Assembly (NCBI GenBank): GCA_016748015.1
Contig: JAAOMT010000299.1
Coordinates: 62,001-126,000, forward strand
Source: Geosiphon pyriformis uo1
Taxonomy: Eukaryota > Fungi > Glomeromycota
DNA length: 64,000 bases
Direction: 5' to 3'
Part shown: positions 1-12,042 of the stretch, piece by piece
Layout: each line of letters begins with the position of its first letter
How positions within the stretch are numbered: the first letter of the stretch is position 1
The notes under the pieces: model-generated
What the model saw: only the letters and a program-made list of their open reading frames with translations
Told to the model about the DNA's origin: nothing
The model's database searches: none
Program-made: the position numbers and the translations under genes

Positions 1-1581
1 TTGTGGTCTTGGTGAATAATAGGTTGATGGTGGAGATTGGTAATAGGATTGTTGTGGTAAAGAGTAATGTTGATTACTCCTGTTTTGTTGGTCTCTTTGC
101 AATTTCCTACAATTTCGTTTCCAGTGTTCTGGAATTCCACAATAATGACAATTTTGAGATTGGTTGTTGGATGTTAATCCAAAATTGTTTTGGTTGTGTT
201 GTTGTGGTGGTTGATATCTTTGTGGTTGTTGCTGCTGTTGTTGTTGGTTTGTAAAATAGCTTTCAACTTTCTTTGTGAGTTGGTCTATCTTTTCTTCAGC
301 TGCTGAGCTGGTTTCTTCAATTGCAAGGTTTACAAGCTTGGTGTGATTTGCTTTTTCTATTGCCATTTCATAGCTCTTTGTATGTCTAATAGCAATTGCT
401 AAGTCTGCTGGAGCATGTGGACAGACTTTCTTAATCAGTTTGTCTTTTAATCCTGCTATAAACTGATCCAGGATTTGAGCATCAGAATAGTAGTCATTGG
501 TTTCCAATTGTTGGATTCGTCTAAGAAGTTTGTTAAATCTTCTAAGATAGGTCATAACAGATTTAGATGTTTCTTGTTTGATATTGCAAAAGCAGTTTTT
601 GAGAGTGATAGAGGTATTGTTGTCGGTGAATTGTTGTAGAAAAGCATCTTTGAATGCTTGCCAGTTTTTGAATGGTTCTTTTAAATTTTCAAACCATTCT
701 TCTGCTGTTCCTTGGAGAAAGTAGAGAATTGCTTTGAGCATTCTCGCTACAATCCAACCATTTGCATCTCCTGCTTTTTGAATCTTGTCAAGCCATTCTT
801 GAGGACTGGTATCATTGTCTTCTCTAGTGAATTCTGGGATTTTTGCAATGTAAGCAGTTGTCATTTCTTTCTCGTTTTCTGTAATTTCTTCTGGTTCTGA
901 TTCAGTTTCTTTACTTTCCAAGCTTTCTGAGTGATTACTTTCGTTTTCCTGTAAGTAATCAATGATATTGGCACTTGTTGATATTGGTTTCTGCTGTTGT
1001 GTAGGATTTCTAGGTGACTGAAAATCTTCTGGTCTGGAGAAACAGCTAAGTGGTGAACTTGGTGTTTGTGGTTGAACAAGTGAAATTAGAAATGGTGTAA
1101 TAGAAAGTGGTAATTTGACACTGGTTTCTTGTTTAGGTGTTTGCAAGTGTTTGGCAGTTGTTTTTTGTAGTGTTGAAGTGTTTGGAGTGGTTCTTGAGTA
1201 TTGCTTCAATCTTTGTTTGCCTTTGTTGCTTGTTTTTGTTTCTGATTCAAAGTCAAAAGAGTATTTAGACTGTACTAGGTATTTTTCTTCACAATACTTA
1301 ATAATGTTAAAATTAAGTTCTTGGAAGTAGGTAGCAAGTGTTTCACTGTTCAGGTCTTCTGTTCCCAATTGTGAATAGTGCACTAAATTATTGTAGAGAT
1401 TGCTTCTAACTTCTGAAATGTTGTAGTTTTCAAAAAAATAATTGTTGATACAGTTTTCAATGTATTGGTATACTGATTTCTTTACAACTTCAATTCCGTC
1501 TGGAATGTTGAATCTTTGTTTGCAGTGGGTGTAAATTGACTGGTAATACTCTAGAGTTGCTGTGTCTAGTGTGGTTGCCAC
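1..1581 (-). pseudogene. gag: gag (retrotransposon capsid-like) remnant of element A
   Basis: Minus-strand translation parallels F gag (IAKIPEF..., DYYSDAQILDQFIAGLKDKL); interrupted by stops. Confidence 0.85.
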
Positions 1582-1608
1582 TTTGAATTTGTTGTTGCTG
1601 TGTTATTT

Positions 1609-1624
1609 CCGTGGGAGAGCACCA
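1609..1624 (-). promoter_or_regulatory. Primer-binding site of A (TGGTGCTCTCCCACGG)
   Basis: Starts with TGG (complement of tRNA CCA) 2 nt inside the LTR; near-identical site in F at 55492-55507. Confidence 0.85.
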
Positions 1625-1626
1625 AA

Positions 1627-2597
1627 TGTTACCAGAGGTTTTTGGTCTCTTTTCTTAAATGTTGTTGATGCCTGTTTGTTATGAATTCACGTTTTCTGAA
1701 TGTGGTTGAACCTCCAATAACTGAATTTATCTTCAAATTATCTCCTATAATTTGAACAGCTGGGCTTATAAGTGGAATAACCAATTCCTTGCCAGTTACT
1801 TTATGTAGTTACATTGTAGTAAACGTCAACTCTTTCTCAGGAATTGCTTGTCTGGAAGCTCACTGAAATGTATAGTTACTTTGCTGTAAAAGTCAACTCT
1901 TCTACAGAAATCTTGTCTGTAGGCTACCCTAATGATTGTAATAAGAAAATAAAAGAAAAATAAAAAAAATGTAAAAGAAATAGAATTTTGTCAAGAGAAA
2001 CGTTTTCTATCCAGGCCTGGAGTCACTAACAGTTTACTGAAATTGGTAGCTAATCAATTTTAAAATGTTAGTTGGGTTTTGGAGATTTTCCAAGTACAAT
2101 AATTAAAGAATTTGGTTTTTTTGAATTATTTGATATTTATTTTTTGTGTGTATAGGAACAGTTTTTAAGAGATAAATCTAAAGTAAGATATATTTTCTCG
2201 AAGAGAGAAGCTCTTTTTTTATACAACTTGTCATAATACTATTTTATGAACTTGAACTTTGCTATTTTCTTCAATTTTGCTAAACTAAATATACATTTCA
2301 GCAAACTACAAGTTATTTCTGCGAACTATTAGATATTTCAGTGAACTATCAATTATTTCGGCAAATTTCTACAAATTTCAGTGAACTTTTAAATGTTACA
2401 TAGTTCAGGGTATTGCATGATTGATCATCGCAATTAGGTTATATTTGTGTTGTGTACAATTTGGGTTATTAATTAAATTTTGGATATTTTTGCTAATATA
2501 ATAAGTGATCATTTGAAACAATAATATATGCTAATTAATGATAGGAATTATAAGATAATTTCATGCTAAATAATCTCTCTAATTTTATCTGGTAACA
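1627..2597 (-). repeat. 5' LTR of element A (~971 bp)
   Basis: TG..CA inverted termini; homologous to LTRs at 46596-47567 and 55510-56480. Confidence 0.93.
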
Positions 2598-3571
2598 ATG
2601 CAATAATATTGGATAACACATTATAACTTAGGATAGTGTAGGATAACATGTTATAATATAAAATAACACAGAATAACATGTAATAACACCAGATAATGTA
2701 TTATAGTATAAGATAACTAGTAATAATGTAGAAGAATAAAGCAATAACAGAAATAACAAAAGCAATAGATAGCAATAATAAAACAATTAGAAGCAATTCT
2801 GTAAAACCAAAAGAATATATAAAAACAAATAATTGTAGAAGATAGAAAAAAAACAGAACAGATAAATACAAACCACTAGACAAGAATCAAATATTCATAC
2901 CTCTTCTTTTATTATATTCTATATTCATTTTTTGAAATAAATCAATTATTAAGAAATCAGAATTCTGAATTCATGTTCTCGAACTTTGTGGAATTTATGT
3001 AAATTAACTATTGTTTTATACCTTTGTTCCAGAACAGATGCTTTTAGCACAACTGTCTTGAACTATTAACAATTTGAACCAATCGCTCTTGATCATAACA
3101 ATTGATAATACTAATTTATCTTTTATTTTATTTTTATTTTTTTCTTTTATTTATTTATTTATTTTCTTTCTTTTATTTTCTCTTGTGGAATAGCAACATA
3201 GTAAAATTAACTGTCTGAAAATAGACTTTGTGATAGTCTGGTAAAAGAGGAAAGCTCCTTTTAGGTTTTAGATATTAACATTATCTTAATAGCTTATCAG
3301 AAGGGCAAAAAAACAACACTAAATCCTAATGACTGTGCTCATTAGCTCAGAAAAAAAAGCTTATTTTTATAAGAAGTCGCAATTAGTAAGAACCAAAACT
3401 TTGTGCTTTATAATCAAAGAACTTAATGAATAAATTCACAACCAGTAGATAAGACCTTCAGAGACTAATAATCAAAGAGTAAGCCACTGGAATTATGTGA
3501 AACATACATTACCAATACTTGAGAATACCAAACATTATCATTTTTCTATCCTACCAAGTTTACTTGTAACA
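2598..3571 (+). repeat. Remaining part of 5' LTR of element C (left part displaced by insertion A)
   Basis: 2598-3305 aligns with ~45815-46517; ends TGTAACA followed by PBS. Confidence 0.88.
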
Positions 3572-3573
3572 TT

Positions 3574-3590
3574 TGGTGCTCCCTGTGAGG
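3574..3590 (+). promoter_or_regulatory. Primer-binding site TGGTGCTCCCTGTGAGG (resembles complement of elongator tRNA-Met or tRNA-Ile(TAT) 3' end)
   Basis: TGG 2 nt after LTR end; variants of the same site in D, H, I; tRNA identity is inference. Confidence 0.85.
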
Positions 3591-3629
3591 TTATAAATTC
3601 ACAGAAACAGAGCACCCCAGAAATTCACA

Positions 3630-5600
3630 AAAGTGGCAACTATTAGAACAGTAGAAAAAGACCATTCCTTATATGGAAGAGCATTATTTCAATACTTTTG
3701 AAAAGACTTAGGAATACTAGCAGAAACTGATTATACAGAAAGTGATTTTTGTAACTATATCAATATAAAAATTAACTGCTTATTAGGCCACATAACCGAC
3801 ACAAAAAAACTGGAAGAACAAATCTATCAAAGCTTATTAGGGTACTCAACAGCCACAACTACCCAAACAATTGCTGAAACTCTGTATATAATCAATACAG
3901 ACATTAAATATTACATAACAAAATGATTTTCTCAAGTACAACAACCAGTAAAATCTGATCCTGAGAAATACAAAGACAAATCTAACAAACCCACAATTGT
4001 CCAAGCCAAATCTACAGTCAATAAGAAACCAAGGTTCCTCTCCCCAATAACTCTATCATATTATTAGACACTCCAAAGTAGAATTGTATTCAACCCACTC
4101 CTGGAAACTCAGTCAAAAATACCACAAACTTCTGGAAATCTACACCCCTAAAGTTAACACAGTTAGACCAAATTATTAGGAGAATATGGATTATTGTTTG
4201 GAAATCTCACCCCAACAATTAATAAAACAGATGAAAATACATTGATATGAGAGCCATTACCAATCCAATCCTTGACCAAATCATCAACTATCTCTTCTAA
4301 AGAAACAGCTATCCTCCAGCCCATTGGAAAAATTAACAAAAAAAAACAACCAGAATTAGCACCAGGAGAACACTCTAACATGCAAACACCAAACTTCTCA
4401 GCATCAACCAGTAAGACTTTACCTATTTATTAGATTATAGCTTATCAAAATATTGTTAAATAAGAAAAATTCTCTGGTGAAGAAGATGATGCATATACAT
4501 GGATTACAGAAGCCGAAAAAGCCATTATTGTCAACAATTGAAATAATAATAAGACCATTCAAACATTGTCATTCTTTCTGACCAGAACTGCAAACTCATA
4601 ATATCAAAGCCTTACAGAAAAACCAACCAATGTTGCCACCTTTAAACTTGCCTTTCTGCAATACTTTTGTGACTCCAACACTCTCATTAAATTACAAAAT
4701 CAGTTCAGTATCATAAAACAAAAAGATCATAAAGCAGTGACCACTTATCTTGGACAATTTAACCAAATCCTGTGTTAAATCCAGGTCATTAAAAGGGACT
4801 ACTACACTGTGACACAAATTCTTAATCAATTCATCAAAGGATTAAAAAGCAGTTTCCTTTAATTTGTAAGATCCTACCATCTGACAAACCTACAAGAGAC
4901 AGTTACTCTTGTTTGTAACTTTGAGTCAGCAGAACAAAAGACTAACTATACTTAAGCCATTAATCTGACTATTAATAGAACAGCTGATATTGACACAAAA
5001 ATAACTTAATTAAGTGAGAAATTAACTGAAAAAATTGAGGGATTTTTAGCCAATACCATAGGATCCTACTAGCCACTACAATAAAGAAATAATAATAACA
5101 ACAGATATCAACAATAACAGAATTGTCAGCAACAACAACAACCTTGGAGATCCAATTCCCACAATTGGTATTATTGCCAAAAACCTGGACACATTATCCA
5201 GAACTGCCATAAGAAAGTAATAGACCAAAATCAAAAAAATCAACATCAGCAACTGAGATACCCTCAAAACATAGTATTCCAATACTCTGTGTCTCAGTAT
5301 CAACCACCTCAATACTTACCACAAATTTAGTATACTTAGCAACCACCTTAGAGCTACTACCAGTTATTATAACCAATGACTCAAACAGCACCCCAGTACC
5401 AAAACCCCATTAATAACTAACCTAAATATTGTGTAATTAATTACAACCAAGGATAGAGGAACTTCAGCAACAATCAGATACTGACTAACAGTGTACCATT
5501 ACAATTCCTAAATTATAGTAATGCCCCATCTTGACCAGCACCAACTGGATACCCTAACCAAGCCTCATATCTTGGTTTCACTGAAAATCAGGATTTTTAT
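3630..5600 (+). pseudogene. gag: gag remnant of C with degenerate CCHC zinc knuckle (WYYCQKPGHIIQNC, ~5165-5207)
   Basis: EKFSGEEDDAYTWITEAEKAI-type capsid motif at ~4465; many stops. Confidence 0.8.
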
Positions 5601-5795
5601 AGCTCTACACCTTTAGAAAAAAAGGCTGTAGGAGAGACTCCCAACCCTTTGAGGCAAAATCAAACCAACAATACTATTTTACCTGCCATTATTACTAAAG
5701 ATACTACCCTTGCTGCTATTTTCCTCTTTGATATTAACAGTCTGAACACAAATAGTTTTTTCAATGGAGCTGTTATAAATTAGAACAAACCAATC

Positions 5796-6180
5796 ATGGC
5801 CCTGTACACTGATGCTAAAGTCAGAAACATAAACATTAAATTAATTCTTGATAGCAGATCAGCAGGCAGTATAATAATAAAACAATTCATAGATCAATTA
5901 GGTTACCAAGTAAATCATGCCACAACCATCCAAATTATTACTGCAGATGACAATACCAAAACCCCAATCAGAAAAATCAATAACTTCTCTTTCGAAATCA
6001 ATGAAATCCAAATTTCTATAAAAGTCTTGGTTATGGAAGCCACACAATATCAAGCTCTTGTCAGAAATAACTGGTTGGCCAAAGCCCATGCCACTTTTGA
6101 TTGGAACATATAGGAATTAAAGATCACCTTTAATAGATGACATGCCTGAATCCCAGCTACATGTAGACACTTCAAAGTCC
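5796..6180 (+). pseudogene. pol: Retropepsin (aspartic protease) of C
   Basis: LILDSRSAGS (degenerate DSG), ALVRNNWL (degenerate LGNDWL). Confidence 0.9.
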
Positions 6181-7189
6181 AAAGTTTAAAGGAACTGCTA
6201 ATTGAATTTAAAGACACAACACTACTACCAACCATAGAAACTTATCAAGTTTCATGGGTGGACAATTTCCAAACAGAGTTATTCCCACTATCAACTTGGA
6301 AAGAAAAGAGAAAGGAAAAAGCTGAAGAAAAACTACAATCGGCACCTACAGGCTATTTTATCTCAAGTTAAGGAAGTCAATGATATCAAACCCTGAAATT
6401 AATTTGTGTCGACTGTGGAAAAAAGTTATCTTCTATAAATGCATGTATCAAAGACAATGAGAAATGGCCAACTGCCACCAAACATTACTGCAGATCTTGT
6501 GTGTTAAAAAAATTTGGCAGACCAAAACAACAAGACAAATAAGACAATACACTATGCCTTGTCTGTAACAAGATTCTGCCAAATGAAGAACTATGGAATG
6601 ATGTTTCTGGCAGAAAAAAAACATGTGACAAAGCATGTCAATACACCATCTTAATCAATGATTAGATACAAAAAGGAACTCCAATTAACAATGTCTGGAA
6701 ATGAGCATTATGATAATTGGACAGGTATCCCCTCAATGAACATAAGATTTGGAGAATGGTAAATGCAAAAGCAGAGAGTGCTACAACCAGAGAATTATTG
6801 GAAATCAAAGACAACTTCTTATCCCTTCCAAAATCCGAATATGTCATGACTTTTGATGTCTTTGGCAACATTAAGAATAATCCAAAATACTTCCACAAGC
6901 ACTATCAGAATCTGACACCAACTAAAAAAGAGCAGGAGCAAAGATTAGCTGACTTAAACACAAAACTATGTGATTATTGTTTGATCTCTTGCCACTTTTA
7001 GTATTGTGACAAATGCTATATCATGTTTAATCTGTCTTCCAGAAAACTATATCCAATCACCAAACTACTGAAATTCAAAGTAAAAGAGGAATTAATTACC
7101 AAGAACATGTCATTTCAAGATTCAACTGAGGATATTGAAACAGAACAGTATCTCGCATATTCTGACCTATTCAAAGAATTTGAATTAAA

Positions 7190-7610
7190 ATGGTACAGTG
7201 ACAATAAAGAAGAAATCTGTTCCAAAAAAGTGCATGACACTGATGCTGGTTTTGACCTATGATATCCTGGACAATTACTCATAATTATAGTCTCATATTT
7301 CCTTGTAAAAATAGATCTTAAGATAGTCTTAGAAATTTCTGTCAGTACAATGGTACAAGTTGCCTCTTAATCTAGTCTAGCCAAGAAAGGAATTAACATA
7401 AAGAGAGGAATCATTAATGCCAATTATATGAGAAACATCATAGTAATACTACAGAACAATTCAAACAAATTCTACAAAATAGAATCACAAGAAAAGATTG
7501 CCCAAGTTATCTTTCTACCTTTAGTCAAAATACCCCAATTAATCCCAGTAACCACCCAAAAAAAATTAAGTCTCATTACTCAAGGAATCAATGGGTTTGG
7601 ATCAAATAGA
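7190..7610 (+). pseudogene. dUTPase domain of C
   Basis: HDTDAGFDL (motif 1), SSLAKKGI, KIAQVIFLP, GINGFGS (motif 5). Confidence 0.9.
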
Positions 7611-8100
7611 AAAGGAAACATACTAATCAACTTTATGAAAGAAGATAGTGACCAGATAGAACTTATCTACACCAATACAGTCATCTTCATCTCCCCTTAC
7701 TGACAATACATTCTCAAGGTAAATTAAAAAATCCAAGATCAAGTTCTGTTATTTGAAGCTGATTCTGAAATCTGTTTTCTAGCCAATGTTGCTCACTTAT
7801 ACTTACTGGCCAAAGCCCATAAACACTTCAAAATCTCCATCCACAACTCTACAGAAGATGTAATTAAAATCTCTAAAGGAACTTTCATTGATTCCATCTC
7901 ACCAAACATCCAACATCCTGAAAAACCCCAGCCCATTCCAGATTTCACACAGCTATTTTTATTTTGCGATATTACCTTACAAGTATAGAACTTGCCAAAA
8001 GAAAGTTACCTGTTTACACCAGAAGAAATCAATAAATTGAATCTTGGAAATTTAAGTACCCTGCAGCAAATGCAACCTAAGATTTTTTTGAATTAATATG

Positions 8101-11100
8101 ATCTCCAAAAAATTTTCAAATCTGAATACAATATAAAATATAGTTTGCAAAATAATGTGTTTTTCAGCTAATAAAATATTCAAAAAAATATGATTTAAGA
8201 ACTTTAATGGTGTTTTCATTAAAAACTCCTTTAAGTTTTATAAATTAGAAATTTTGATATCAAAAATTGTCAAGTTTTTACATGTAGATACTAATAGTAA
8301 GTTTGTTTTTTTGATAAATTACTGGACTTCTTTGGATAATGATAAAGCTTTGAATATTTGGATTTTATTGGATTTTAATGCTGGTTTTAATTGTATTTGT
8401 TTTGCTCTTTTTGATATAAGGAAATTATACTGTGTCTATAAACTTGCCAAATTTCTATGAGCTAAAAAGATAAACATTAGGTTTGCTATCAATAAGAGAA
8501 TAGAAAGTTTTGTGGTTAATAAGGATCATACTATTAGAAACATATTAGAACATTCTTTTTGAAAAGTGGTTTTAGATCATTTGATTATAAATAATAAACT
8601 GGTTCTTGATTTGATTGAGGTCAAATCTATGGTTGATGTAATAATAGAGGGTTGGACAAGAAAAAAATTGATAATGAATGGAATTTCTGTCATGTAAAAT
8701 TATCAATACTTACTATTGGCATATGTCAATAATGATACTTTTTTTAGTATTATAACTGCTATTAGTTTTGATAAATTGTAATACATAATAAAAAATTTAC
8801 CTAATGAAAAAACTGCTAATTTGTCTGGTATCATTAATAAACTATAGAATTATTGTAATGCCTTTATTTTTATAATGCTTTTGGATTTCTTAAACTTTTG
8901 TTTAGTATGTAAATCTGTGTTTTATCCATAGAAAAAAGCTTAAGTGTTAATGATTTCTAAGCCTTATAAGTAGAACAGAATTTTAATTAACATCAGACTA
9001 ATTGTTTTGATTAAAACTACTTATAAGATTTTTTTTTAAAATACTTTTTAATAAAATTTTATTGGCATGTAGCAATTTTGATGTTTTTTATGGTGACAAT
9101 TTTTCTGTGTTAAAAAGTACTACTATTCAGTCTTCTATCTTTGCTGTAAACTTAATAATTGAAGATGCTTTGAAAAAAAGTCATGATTTTTGGCTTGTAT
9201 TGTAGTATATGCAGAAAGCCTATAACTCTGTTGGGTAATATTATTTTAAAAATAGTTTAGTTTAAATTAAAATGTATAAAAATTTTATTAGGTTCTTTGG
9301 TAGTATTCACAATAATAAAATAAACTAAATTATAACAAATTATAGACTTACTAATAGATACTACATATATAATAGTTTGGATTAGAGCAAAGTTTTTTCT
9401 TTTGTGTGAAGTTAAGAAACATAAAAGCTTTTATAATTATCATATTGACACTAGATTTGTTGTTAAAACTGGCAGGATAGAGTCACAAAGTAGATTGTTT
9501 TTGTTTCTGGTGGCTGGTGCTTTTATCAATAACACAATTTGGATGAGAAATAATTAGCCAGTTACTTAGTGCATTTGGACCTTGCAAGTAAGTTCTTTAA
9601 GATTAATAACATTTTAATTAACAATAAGAAAATGATAGCTATTTTTATCAACCAGAAAGTCAAAAATGTCTTATTATTAATAAGTGGTTTGCCAATTTCT
9701 GTTGCACAAAAAAAGAATTTTTACAAATATCTTGGTATTTTTTTGTCTTCTAAGAGTTTGTTTAAATCTAGCTTGGTAAAAGCTTATTTAAATATCAAAT
9801 TTTTTACTAACATGGTTTTAAAGAAGGCTATTTCGAATAAATAGTTTTTTTATTTAGTTTTAGTAGTACTGCACTCTATTATTAGTTATAGAACCCAATT
9901 TAGTTTTGTCTTCAAGAGTATATGTAATAAATAAGATACACTAATCAAAAAAAATTTGAAAATAAAAGCTGGTCTGTCCAAAGACTTTCTCAATAAGGCT
10001 TTTTACCATTCATTTTTTTATAGTCTAAAATCTTTTAAGCAGATGCAAATAGAAAGTAAGTTAGCTTTGGTGCTCTGTTTTTCAAATACTAATAGAATTC
10101 TTTATTATTTGTTTAATCATAGGTTTTTGGATTTGCAGATCTCAAATTGGTTTTCAACACATTTTTTGCAGATCTTTGTTAGGTTAAAAATTAATCTGGT
10201 CAACAACTTTTTAACTGGTGTTGTAAAAATTTTCTTGAATTATGATATTTCTTTTGTCAATAATCTTTTCTCTGTATTTTGGTTCTTAGAAAAAACTCTA
10301 ATGTCTTTTATTTTAAGAGATTTTGTGTTCTATAATGTTTTTAAATTGCTTAAAAAGTTTAGTATTGCTTTTATTAAACAATTATACAATAAAAAAGGAT
10401 TAGTTTTTAATTGGAAAAACTTTTGTTATTGGAAAAAACTTGATTCTAGGAGTCCAGTCTCTGTGTGGTTCAAATTGGCATGCAAGTATTTAGTTAACTT
10501 TCTTTGTTGTCTTGTTATACAGTCTTTTACTAACAACTTTTAGTTTTTAAGTGTTTTCAGTTCTGGCAGTTTTTTTATAATATAATAGTGTTTTTCTAAT
10601 GCTAATTTGGATATCATTAATATTTACATAAATGAATTACTTAAAAACTTGAAAACATGCAAGATAAAGTATAGTGTAACTGTATTTTTTGTTGATTTAA
10701 ATTTGGATATTAGTGTGGAGATTAGTGGTTTGGTTTCTTTTATAATGGCTAAATTACAGATTATTGTCCTAGTTTTAGAATGTGTTCTAGCTGATAGTAG
10801 TATTGTGGTACATTCAGACAGTTAGATTGTTCTGGATATATGTGCTACTAAATTAAAATTGGCTCTGCCAGATTTTTGTAATTAATGTTGAATAGAGAGA
10901 TATAGTGTGATAAACTCTATTAAAGATAAAAGACTTAATATATCTTGGTCTAAGGTTAGGAGCCATTTAGGTATTTCTAATAATAAATGTATTGACAAGC
11001 TGGTTAACTTAGCTTTGTGTTTGAATTTGGTATTTTTTGTTCTCATTAAGGAAAATTATATTAAAATTAGTAGAGTAGAGATGTTTGGAAATATTTATTA

Positions 11101-12042
11101 TTTTACTTATGGTGTTTTTAAGACTATTTATCAGACTTACTGAGAGGTTAGATCTGGATCTAATATTATTAGTACAAATATGATTGAAGATATGGATTAA
11201 GATTAAACTTTATCAGTTTGGCATCCTGATTTGTATATAATATCTGGTTTTATAAGTAAATTTACTGTTGATCTGCACTTATATTTTATGAAAACTTTGC
11301 ATCATCATTTGTCAGTTGCTGTTAGAAAACACTTATATAATAAAGCTTATTTTAGTATATTGTGTTTTTATTGCAGGAAGATAGAACTTCTTGATTATTT
11401 ATTTATGTATATAATAGACTCTGCTGTTTGTAAAGACTTGCTTAATTTATATTTAATTTAGTGAGCCTTTATGTTGGAATTAAGTCTATCATTATTTTGT
11501 GTTATGCAGATGTTTTTCACATATACTTCTAATTTTAAGATATATATGGCTTTGTACAAAGGTTTTGTTTTTAGAGATTGGTATTTGAAAGCTTTGTTTA
11601 TTTTTGGCTGTGCTAAAATTGTTGGCAAATTAATCATTAACCTGATAAGAAACTTAAAGATAGCTTATCAAATAGAAGTGTGAATAATGAGAGCTAAATT
11701 TAGAGTAATTATGGAAAAAAAGATTTAATTGCAAGTAATAGTTTGGTGTTTCCAGAGGTTTATGGGTTTTTGTTATCACTTTCTAATAGTGTCATTAGAT
11801 TACTTGGTATTATAGAGACATATAGTGTTAATTTTGGTTTTTACAAGCTTTGCAGTTTTTTTTCTGGTACTAATAATATGGTGTCTATTAAAATAGTTTT
11901 ATATTATTGCTTTAATTGGCCTAAATAACTGGTTATATATAGAAAGTACATAATTTGCACTTAGTTTAAATCACTTAGTTTAATGTATTGTGCTAAATGG
12001 TATTTGAGTTTTACTTGTTAAATAAATAAATAAATAAATAAA
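8101..12042 (+). mobile_element. 5'-truncated non-LTR retrotransposon (LINE) with RT and RNase H, pseudogenised
   Basis: Degenerate LINE RT motifs (RLIVLIKT ~8995, MQKAYNSVG ~9210, YKYLGIFLS ~9722); RNase H (AKLQIIVLVLE, HSDS, WSKVRSHLGISNNKCIDKLV 10610-11010); C-terminal CFYC; (AAAT)n tail at ~12019-12042. Confidence 0.9.
12019..12042 (+). repeat. (AAAT)n 3' tail of the LINE
   Basis: aaataaataaataaataaataaa directly after the short 3' UTR. Confidence 0.75.

Larger units (their letters stand above)
1..2597 (-). mobile_element. Ty3/Gypsy LTR retrotransposon A (5' end: LTR, PBS, gag); same family as F; continues beyond left edge; inserted into LTR of element C
   Basis: Colinear and highly similar to ~53905-56480 (gag + 5' LTR of F); LTR bounded by TGTTACCAG..CTGGTAACA; PBS adjacent. 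Confidence 0.93.
2598..8100 (+). mobile_element. Ty3/Gypsy element C (partial 5' LTR, PBS, gag, protease, Cys-rich domain, dUTPase), cut just before RT by the LINE
   Basis: LTR ends TGTAACA at 3571 followed by PBS; domain order matches D, E, F, G. Confidence 0.9.

Noticed and set aside
3-1330. Hydrophobic V/L/F-rich plus-strand ORFs (also 26563-26832, 43321-43656, 53352-54151, 63727-63942)
   Set aside because: Antisense shadows of Q/N/T-rich gag-pol sequence on the other strand
3574-3590. tRNA genes at tRNA-complementary stretches
   Set aside because: Only ~17 nt next to LTRs, no cloverleaf; these are primer-binding sites
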